The notes under the pieces: model-generated
Database searches by the model: none
What the model saw: the letters and a program-made list of their open reading frames with translations, nothing else
What the model was told of the DNA's origin: nothing
In this document: piece by piece, positions 54,244-64,000 of the stretch
Position numbering within the stretch: position 1 is the first letter of the stretch
Layout: each line of letters starts with the position of its first letter
Source: Eledone cirrhosa
Taxonomy: Eukaryota
DNA: 64,000 nucleotides
Assembly: GCA_964016885.1 (NCBI GenBank)
Contig: OZ024743.1
Coordinates: forward strand, 360,344,001-360,408,000
Direction of reading: 5' to 3'
Position numbers and translations under genes: made by a program

Positions 54244-54462
54244 GGGCGGTATAGTATCGGTAGAGGGTCGGACGCCATGCTTTGCAGCATAGAGTTACGG
54301 CCCTTTACGATCTGAGTTCAAATCCCACCGAGGTTAACTTTGCCTTTCATCCTTACGGGGTCGATAAAAATAAAGTACCAGTCACGCACTAGGGTCGATT
54401 TAATCGACTTTTCCCTCCCCCAAAATTGCTGGCCTTGTGCCTATATAAGAAACTATTATTAT
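54244..54462 (+). mobile_element. tRNA-derived SINE (octopus-type)
   Basis: B-box gagttcaaatccc; body ctttgcctttcatcc..ggggtcgataaa..aagtaccagt; (TAT)n tail. Confidence 0.75.
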
Positions 54463-54578
54463 CAGTATTACACTCTGTTTAGTGCAGCTCCACTATATAT
54501 ACCCAATATATACCTACTGGAAACTATGTATCGAGTGGTCACTCTCTTGGACCTATAGTAACTGGACATTACAGTCCC

Positions 54579-54667
<89 letters not shown>

Positions 54668-55910
54668 CTTTTAGTTTAAACACACACAAGCATACATACA
54701 TATATATATATATATATACATATTATATATATGTGTGTCTGTGTGTGTGTGTAGTTGTAGTTGGGGACTATAAACTGGAGACATGACACTGGTACAGGTC
54801 TAAAACAAGAACATACTACAATTTTTCTTTGGTTCAATTTGAACTGAATCCTAAGAAGTTAAATCAATATATGTTTTAATTAACCGATTACTATCGGGCT
54901 CCTTCAGACTAAAATAGGAATACAAGCGGTCCATTTGTAAAAGGTCGTCTAGAGCCACTTGTCTATTCCAACACATGAGATACTTTCGTTACGATCAACA
55001 TTATCGGTGCGTTCTCATAATACACCCCCTTCCTTATCATATTCACCGACATCATAGAGGTAGTGTAATCATCATCATCATCATCCTCATCATCATTCCA
55101 TCATCTCCATCTGATCCATCATCGCCTTCATTATATGCAGTATCGATGTCATCATACCCAGAAACAATATCCTCATCATCACCACAAACATCTGCCTCAC
55201 CACCATTATCACGTCCTACACCACCACAATCACAAGCACCACTATCATCTCCAACATCATCAGTAATTCTTCACCATCAAATGCGACATCATTACCTTCA
55301 TAGCCAACTCTATCATACATCTGTGTGATCATCATAATCGTCTTAATAGCCATTGTAGTTGTTGTAATGACATAGGTTATTGGAATGACTTAGGTATTAC
55401 GTTTTTGGCTCAATAACAAGCTAGGTTTCATTTGATAGTGAATATATCTGACATATGAATATTATCGAGCGACCGTAGAACAAAGTCAAACATAAATGAA
55501 TAGATATTTGAAATCCAATTCCACGAGAATTTGACTCGGTTGTATGTCATTTTCTCAATTGTAACAAAGCAGTTTGTTAACTAGTTTTGATAATTAATTT
55601 CATGCTTAAAGCATAGCTTATGGTTAAAACATAAACTCATCTTGCCCCCAGTAAAACTGTTTTGGCGGTTAATTAAGTAGTTTCTTATAAAGAGGGATCT
55701 AGTTTAACAGTTGCACCTTATTTCACCACGTCTACACAATCTGAAACATACCATTTTCAACTAATTTTCCAATAACTCCAATCAATTAGCAATGCAATAC
55801 AAACATGTGTATTCATACATATATACAGAAGCACGTTTCCGTGCATAAGTCGATACATACATACACACACACACACACACATACATACATAACATACATA
55901 CATACATACA

Positions 55911-56312
55911 TGGTGGCTGCCAATTCGTTTTCGAGTACAGCCACTACTTTATATCCATGTAGGAGAACTCCTACCGATGCGCTGAACGAGTGTGACTTTA
56001 GTCCAGCCAGCGACTTGAAAACTCTGGTACAAACACTACACTTGTGACAATTATTGTCACATAGTGCTAGGCCCATGGTACCATGTGACGACAAGTGCAG
56101 AGAGATCTCCAGATATAAAGCAATGCCTGTGCCGTGAAGCTTTTATAGTGAGCAAAGGCACTGCACAAAGCCAGTCCCACTCTCTTAACCAAGATGATAT
56201 TTACCAAAAAGAAGAACAAGTCAACATTATTGGATACCATCAGAGTTGCAGGTGTTATATCAGAGTTTTCCTTCTCCTAGAATTCTGCCTTGACAAAGGC
56301 TAAGGGGTCATC
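55911..56312 (-). mobile_element. Bipartite RTE-derived non-autonomous element, copy 1
   Basis: RTE-type 5' UTR motif ctaggagaaggaaaactctgat joined to a C2H2-coding 3' end (CSVCTRVFKSLAGLKSH); (TGTA)n tail. Confidence 0.7.
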
Positions 56313-56313
56313 C

Positions 56314-56344
<31 letters not shown>

Positions 56345-56351
56345 CATACAT

Positions 56352-58150
56352 AATGGCAGCCTCTCCGTGATCGAGTATACCTATCAAACGACATCAGCTT
56401 TGGTGTTTTGAACGAATATGGCTTTTGAGACTTGCAAGGGATTTACATTGTTTTGACAGAACGCTATTACCTTAAAATTATTGACCACTAGAGTATCATT
56501 ATGCACTTTTATTCCGCCAGCTCACCTGCATACATTGCCACAGGCACTTCATATTTTGCTGTTTCCGGCCATGGCTGTTTGGTAATCGGCAGGAGCTTTA
56601 TATCCACGACATGAATGTTCTTACCGCTTTACTGAAGCATAATCCCTTACAGATTTCACGTTAAATCATGCACATCACGAGTTTGTTGAGATAATTGGAC
56701 AGTGAGTCCCTTTCTGACATCATTTTAACATTTCTCATATTGAAGCCCAAATGGCTGTAAAAAAAACTTTACTTGATAAATATGACATCTATTTCCCGTA
56801 TTGCAATATCATCGTTAGTGCATGTAAGTGACACTTTAAGAGAGCCCTTATATCTCTATGTGGGCTTATAAGGTCGCATTCCACTGTCCTGTACACAGTA
56901 CAATATTCTCATGGGAAGGCGGCGGTCATCCATGTGCACCATGTAAATACTGCACCTCGCCCTGTATATAAAAGACAAAGATTCGATGCCTTCACAGTGT
57001 ATTCTCTCATGAAGCTCGGTGTCACTTTTATAGTGTTTCCAATCAATTCCAGCACTTCTCCCAAGACTCATTTCGTGAAACCGTTCAAACTGTTTGTAGT
57101 GTCTATGAGGCGTACAATAATGATGTGAGAATATTTGCATTGTACACTTTTAACTTCCGTGGCTCTGAGATTCCATATTGGGAACATAGATACATCTCAC
57201 ATTTGCCAAAAGCATTACTTTCTTTCTTAATCCTGATATTCATTTCATAACCAGACGGCAAGTATTGTTCATAGTGCTTCTTTTTCACTACTACAAGACA
57301 CTTTTCGTACATAAAGAGATTAGACTCTCTACACTGATATCCAGACGCAGATTACATCAACACGACCGTCCTTTTGAAAATTTATCGCCAGTCCCAATCA
57401 TCGGCTATGGCAAATCCCTCACCATATAAAAATACATTTGACCTTCCCTTAAAACGTCTGATATTGAAGATATTTCCATTTGTTCGAAATACAAAGCAAA
57501 CAGAGTATGAGTTGTAATAGCTCCCTGCTTCACTCAATTCCTGATATTATGGTTTCAGACAGATTTCTACCCACCATTACACGAGTGGCCATGCTCACAT
57601 GAAACACTATAAGAGTAATCAAATATTTGTCAGCGTTCGCAAGCTTCTCCAATGTTCTCCACAAAGCACCCTTATTAATTGTGTCAAATATTTGGTGAGA
57701 TCAACGATGATTTGGTAAAAATCTATACTTTGTTCTAAGCACTCATGTCAGCCGTACTGCGTCCTTCTCGCAAACCAGAGTGGGATATCCGAAGAGCATT
57801 TCTGTCAGTGTGTGTAAGCAACTGATATAAAATCTTGCACAAAACATTCCATACCAGAAAGAAGAAATGTTTGCATCGGTAGTTGACATAATCGTTTTTA
57901 CTTCCCTTATCCATTATAAGACAATAATAATTAGTGCATTACGCCAATCATGCAGAACGTGTTTGGTGAAGTGAAATTGTTTCAATAGGTTCGCATCTTC
58001 AAATTTCAGAAGTTCGGCATTAATTCCGTCAATCCGGGGTATTTTCCATTGTTTAGTTAAATCTGTCCCAACCCCTTCAAATGAAGGCGTATTGACCAAG
58101 GTATGCTTCAAAGGTTTGTCAGGAAGGCTGTTTATAGGAACATCGACATT
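56352..58150 (-). pseudogene. Decayed RTE-clade LINE (RT and C-terminus)
   Basis: Fragments DGINAELLK, KLKVYNA.ILTSLLY, ERFH, MDDRRLP.RILY. Confidence 0.7.
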
Positions 58151-58689
58151 CGAAAGCATAATATTATAAACCAAGCGCCTTAACACATACATTACCACTT
58201 ACAAGCATACACACGTACATACATTATGGTAGTATCTCGATTTCTAGAATTGCTATCACTTTATCCTTTTCTCATACATAGGTAGCATGATCATCTTATC
58301 TTAAACTACAACGAAAGAAAGACTAAAATAAAAAAAGGCGAAATAAAAAGAGAAAGAAAGAAAAAAGCCTGTTCGCAACGACCAGCTATGTTTATGCAAC
58401 ACAGATGAAAGACGTTTAGATGAAATGATGCTTGTGATTCGGAACTTTTTTAAGTGAAAAAAGGATTTGCACAGGACTAATGCCACTCTCAGAACAACGG
58501 TGACAGGTAACCAAACAAACAGCACAACATCACGATCTGCCGTTTAGCCGCAAGTTTTACATCAAAGTTTTCCTTTTTTGAGATTGCTGTCATAAAGAAT
58601 TGCATACATAAAGAAAAATCTTTACCTGGTTAACAACATTCTCAAAGGATATAAGAATGGAGTTTGGCCAAGATAAATGTTCATATATG

Positions 58690-60272
58690 ATTGTAAAGCG
58701 GGGGAAAATTACAAACTAATCTAAAACCATTTTTATCAATGGCTTAACTGTTTCAGCGATATCTGACGAGGACTGATTACAGATACCTGGGGAAAGATGA
58801 GAATGTATCCTATAATGGTATTTGTAATAAGGGACGCGTAACCAGGGAATATTACACCCTATTAAAAAAAATATGGTCATCTGTACTCTCTGCGCACAAT
58901 AAAACAGTGGCTCACGATCTGTTTGCTGTGCCTGTCCTACACCAACGTTTGGAATACTCGAGTGGAAAATAGACGAAATCCGAGGAATTGATGTTAAAAT
59001 TCGAAAACTCCTAAACAACACCGGACACTTCTACATCAACAGTAACATATACCGGTTCTATTTGAAACGTAAGCAGGGAGGCAGAGGGCTAACATCAGTC
59101 CAGACAGTATTTAAATGGTGCATGAGATCCCTCCGGCAACATTTATGAACCTCCAAACCTAGGAGCTCATCTACTAAGCAAGTCTGTCTGCATGAGACAG
59201 ATCATAAGAGTTGGGAAGGAACTCCTTGAAAGACACACCCTGCATGATAATGAAAAGCTCACACCAGGGTGATCGCCCAGCAATATCGCAGCGAATCCAT
59301 GGATGAAAAACTGCATGCTTATCAGCAAAAGGTCATGCATGGATATGATGCCAGGAAGCTCGAGAATGAGAGTAATGTAGATAAACAAAATAGTCTATTT
59401 TGGACCAACTGCTATATTGGCTCCCACTTTGAAGGATATGTTTTTGCAATCCAAGAACAGAAAATCAACACAGAATACCTTATTTACAAAAGAAGTAAGG
59501 ATGCATTGAAAACACCTAGATGTGACAACAAATAAAGACTGCAGAATTAACATCGAAGATGTCCCATATGTCATAATCAGCTGTTCAAAGATGTCATCAC
59601 GGTAATCTACATCTGAGGCATTATGTAGTGGCCAAAACACTGTATAATGCAATCCGTAGAAAAGATAGCCCTGATAATAAACTCATTAAATGTTACAGCA
59701 ATATGGAAGACATTCATGTACATAATATGAAAGAGTACTGGTGTAATGTTCCAATCAAAGCCCCAATAAAATACAAACATCAAAGACCAGATATAATGAG
59801 ATGGGACAGGAAAAAGAAGCTATGCACAGATCAGCGGAAATGAGAATATCTATGCAGAACTAATGAGAAATCTGCAGATACTCCACATTGATTAATACCT
59901 GTGATTATTGGGGCACTGAAATATGTTAGTAGCTGCCTCTGTACAAATCATGAGAATCTGGGCTTCACAGAAACAGGAAATTAGGAAATTACAAGTCCAA
60001 TTGGAGCAGTAAAATTACGTAAAACATTTCAAAATCTGATAACTACATATACACATGCACATATACAAAGCATATGCACATGCACACATATTACTCAAAA
60101 CATTAACATCCACACATACATTAACACCCATACCTGCACACACATGCATGCATACATGCAAATATATCTATCAAGTTGATGTTGTTTAAATTCCAATGAG
60201 AGAGTCTTGTATCTATGTTAGAAATAGACTCTCACTCTATTGGTAAAATTTATAAAATTATAAAACCGGAAG
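58690..60272 (+). pseudogene. Decayed R4/Dong-like non-LTR element (RT C-terminus, CCHC, REL)
   Basis: NK.VAH..FAVPV, IDVKIRKLL, YLKRKQGGRGL, EGYVFAIQEQ.INT, RPDI. Confidence 0.75.
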
Positions 60273-60296
60273 AACATACATGAATGCATACATACA

Positions 60297-60710
60297 TGGT
60301 GGCTGCCAACTCGTTTTCGAGTACGGCCACTACTTTATATCCATGTAGGAGAACTCCAACCGATGCGCTGAACGAGTGTGACTTTTTAGTCCAGCCAGCG
60401 ACTTGAAAACTCTGGTACTAACACTACACGTGTGACAATTATTGACACATAGTGCTGGGCCCATGGTACCATGTGACGACAAGTGCAGAGAGATCTCCAG
60501 ATATAAAGCAATGCCTGTGCCATGAAGCTTTTATAGTGAGCAAAGGCACTGCACAAAGCCAGTCCCACTCTCTTAACCAAGATTATATTTACCAAAAAGA
60601 AGAACAAGTCAACATCATTGGATACCATCTGGGTTCCAGGTGTTATATCAGAGTTTTCCTTCTCCTAGAATTCTGCCTTGACAAAGGCTAAGGGGTCATC
60701 TCTCCCGGAA
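60297..60710 (-). mobile_element. Bipartite RTE-derived element, copy 2
   Basis: Near-identical to 55911..56312. Confidence 0.75.
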
Positions 60711-60870
60711 TACATACATACATACATACATACAAAGATGCATACATGCATACATACATACATACATACAAGTATGCATGCATGCATGCATACATACATA
60801 CATACATACACGCATGCATACATACATACATACAAACATGCATGCATACATACATACATACATGCATACA

Positions 60871-61475
60871 TGGTGGCTGCCAACTCGTTTTCGAGTACGG
60901 CCACTACTTTATATCCATGTAGGAGAACCCCTACCGATACACTGAACGAGTGTGACGTTTTAGTCCAGCCAGTGACTTGAAAACTCTGGTACAAACACTA
61001 CACTTGTGACAATTATTGACACATAGTGCTGGGCTCATGTTACCATATGACGACAAGTGTAGAGAGATCTCCAGATATAAAGCAATGCCTGTGCCGTGAA
61101 GCTTTTATAGTGAGCAAAGGCACTGCACAAAGCCAGTCCCACTCTCTTAACCAAGATGATATTTACCAAAAGGAACAAGTCAACATCATTGGATACCATC
61201 AGGGTTGCAGGTGTTACATCAGAGTTTTCCTTCTCCTAGAATTCTGCCTTGACAAAAGCTAGGCGGTCATCTCTCCTGGTGATTTTGGATGGCCATTGAC
61301 TCTTAAGAGCTCCTTTGGCCTTTGACAGGTTTTTTTTTTGTCCTGCAGGATGTCCAAAGTCACCCTCCTCACCAAGAAACCTTGGTGGGGTTGCCAGTTT
61401 AGTCGCCAACGACCCGACCATGAGACAGGTTGTACTGGGATACATGTTACCAGTAGCACCAACTGGTGACCTGAC
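60871..61475 (-). mobile_element. Bipartite RTE-derived element, copy 3 (longest, with extra 5' region)
   Basis: Same body plus ~200 nt more of 5' UTR; (TACA)n on both sides. Confidence 0.75.
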
Positions 61476-61609
61476 ATACATACATATATACATACATACA
61501 TACATACATACATACATACATACATACATACATACATACATACATAAAAACACAGACCATAGAGGGGATAAACCACTCAAAAAGCCTGGCATGGAGTTCC
61601 GACAAGTTT

Positions 61610-62284
61610 ATGACATCACACCTTGAGGGATATCTCTATGCAAAACAGGAACAAGAACTCCCTACCAAATATCTGCTGCACAAAAGAGGAGGGCCAGCAG
61701 ATGACAATAAATGTAGGCTATGTAAAACAAAGATTGAGGATGTAAACCACATTGTTGCCAGCTGCGAAAGAATGTCATCTCGCTACTACCTCCCCATGAG
61801 ACACGATGGGATAGCTAGAACCATCTGGAACGCACTTCGGAAAACAAAATTAACAACAAACGAGGAAGAATATATTGAGACAGATGGCACTAAGGAATAC
61901 TGGTGGAACCTGAAAATAAAAACTGCCACCAAATTAAAGCACAACCGGCCTGATATTGTTGTTTGGGACCACACATTGAAAACGTGTTCTGTTGTGGAGA
62001 TCAGCTGCCCACTTGATGTAAACGTTGTCAGAAAAATACAGGAGAAGGAGGACATCTACGGACCATTGATGAGGAGTTTACAAATCCAGTATCCAAGATA
62101 CACCTTTAGCTTCATACCCATCATTATTGGAGCTATGGGTTATATACCAACCCGCTTGGACCAAAGTATGATTGAACTTGGATTTGCGGACATAGAGCGC
62201 AGCTCCCTAATTTATAGTCTACAAATGGCTGCGATAGCTGGCACCTTCAAAATTTGCAAAACATTCTTGCGATTCAAGGGATGA
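61610..62284 (+). CDS. C-terminus of an R4/Dong-like non-LTR retrotransposon (CCHC knuckle + restriction-like endonuclease); element ~61546..62364
   Basis: EGYLYAKQEQ, CRLC....EDVNHIVASC, RHD, RPDIVVWD..VVEISCP...K..IY, PIIIGAMG. Confidence 0.85.
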   Translation: MTSHLEGYLYAKQEQELPTKYLLHKRGGPADDNKCRLCKTKIEDVNHIVASCERMSSRYYLPMRHDGIARTIWNALRKTKLTTNEEEYIETDGTKEYWWNLKIKTATKLKHNRPDIVVWDHTLKTCSVVEISCPLDVNVVRKIQEKEDIYGPLMRSLQIQYPRYTFSFIPIIIGAMGYIPTRLDQSMIELGFADIERSSLIYSLQMAAIAGTFKICKTFLRFKG

Positions 62285-62363
62285 CAATTTCTTTTCTTTT
62301 ACAAACTTGCCACCAGGAAGGTTGCCGGTCAAAAAAAATATACTCGAAATTAAGAGAAAGAGA

Positions 62364-62419
<56 letters not shown>

Positions 62420-62420
<1 letters not shown>

Positions 62421-62712
62421 TGATGGCTGCAAACTCTGCCAAGAGTATTGCAATCGCTTGTCAGATTCAGATGTGTGACACTCGGATATGGCTTTTCAAG
62501 CCTGCTAGAGACGTGCACTCCTTCCCACATTGACGACAACTATGGATCTCCCTAGCTTGAGATCCTGCATCAGGTTGCCCGTGAACCCTCACAACACTGT
62601 GGAGATCATAGTTCACTGGTTCTCTTTGAACATGGCTGCAACTATGGCTCCTGAGACCAGATTTGCTCAAGCAAATCTTTCTACACTCAGGGCACTTCAA
62701 TTCAATGGAGAC
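62420..62712 (-). mobile_element. RTE 3' end with tandem C2H2 fingers
   Basis: CPECRKICLSKSGLRSH and CRQCGKECTSLAGLKSH; (TGTA)n tail. Confidence 0.7.
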
Positions 62713-63418
62713 ACATATATATATATATAGTGTAGTGAAAAATGAGAAGATTATATGCAAAGTTGGTAGAGCACTCAGTTGAAAGCATGAGTTGAGTATA
62801 GAGTTAATTTTACAACAATTACCAATCCATAGTTGAGAGCATGTGTTTTACTTAAAAAGGATTATCAACTCATGTATGGTTAGGTGTGGCTTTATGTCTA
62901 CTTAGCAGTTCAATGACAACATTGATCAGGGTATGTGGATGTTGAATTATCAATTATAATTGGTATCAGACTTGAAAAATAAATTGAAATTATGTGCTGG
63001 GGTTAATATAATGAAATTATGAGCTGGGGTTAATATGATGAAATTAAAATACTGGGGTTGATCTAATGAAATAAATCTCTCCAAGTGGTGCCCTAGCTTC
63101 ACCAAAGTCAAATGATTAAACCAGCGAAAAAAAAAAAAAAAAAGCCCAAATTGAAAGCTGTGTAGTTTTGGAAATGATTGATGGGAAAATCAGGCATAAA
63201 AACAATATTAATGATGATTTGTTTTGTTACCCAGCAGCAACAGAAAGAAACTAAAGTTAAATAGTAGATATCAAGTTTTCTAAGTTTCAACATAAACTAT
63301 CAGTTTCAAAAGCATGTGATATGTTATATAACATATCAAGTTGGTAACTATACATACGTACATACATACATACATACATACATACATACATACATACATA
63401 CATACATACATACATACA

Positions 63419-63915
63419 TGATGGCTGCCCCCTCGTTATCGAGTTTTGCCATTGCACGATATAACATTATTAGTAATTATCAATTAATGCTATTGTGCAA
63501 TGCCTGTACGTGAAGATTTTCTTTTTATGAGGAAAGACTGTGCTCTGAGCCAATTCCACTCTCTGAGTGACAGTAGTTATAACTCGTAAAGAAGTAACGA
63601 TCAACATCATTGGTAACTACTGATTATTTTATGTCGGAGTTATCCCAGTTTCCTGAGTTGCCTTCTAGAAGAATGCCCTGACAATGTCTAGGGGTCCTTC
63701 ATTCCAGTGGTTTAACCGCGCGATCGGGTATCCAGCCGGATTATTTCTATGTCCCCGCGAATATATACACATATGTATACATATGTATATACATATTTAT
63801 ATTTTTGGATGGTCGTTGACTCATGAGTTCTTCCGCCCTTTGTCAGGTTTTTTTTGTTGTTTTTTTCATGCAGGGTGTCGAAAATCACCCTCCTCACCAA
63901 GAGATAGGGATGCAG
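63419..63915 (-). mobile_element. Diverged relative of the bipartite RTE-derived elements, followed by an R4-like fragment (~63918..64000)
   Basis: Shared blocks atggctgcc..tcgagt and tcaccctcctcaccaag; 63918..64000 resembles ~59510..59590. Confidence 0.55.
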
Positions 63916-64000
63916 GCAAAACACCTAGACGTTACAACAAATGCAGACTGCAGGATTAACATCGGACATTCCACCCATGTCATAAGCAGCTCTCAAAATA

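Noticed and set aside
54975-55328. Ser/Pro/His-rich ORF as a host exon
   Set aside because: Degenerate (CAT)n low-complexity sequence with no domain or splice evidence.

Overview
AT-rich eukaryotic DNA made almost entirely of transposable elements and microsatellites. I found no host protein-coding gene. The SINE/RTE content and (TA)n/(TACA)n load suggest a cephalopod such as Octopus, which is an inference. The first ~54 kb is a nest of Penelope-like retroelements (PLEs; RT plus C-terminal GIY-YIG) sitting in (TA)n tracts. They are of three types: CxC-linker 'Hydra-like', Neptune-like and Nematis-like. Most occur as tandem/inverted (palindromic) insertions, from a very young 6-kb composite down to ~110-340-bp non-coding palindromes. 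Folding their 3' ends by eye gives about 20 type I hammerhead ribozyme (HHR) motifs. One group has a greatly elongated helix II (45-115 nt) with a mismatched base at helix II. Another group carries a U3:A8 compensatory core. Each family has its own palindromic helix III. Also present: an internally deleted Gypsy-type LTR element nested in a PLE (ACCT target-site duplication), a related solo LTR, a decayed Helitron, a tRNA-SINE, RTE remnants with bipartite RTE-derived elements, and R4/Dong-like REL-endonuclease LINE fragments in (TACA)n tracts. All RNA structures were folded manually and none is experimentally tested.
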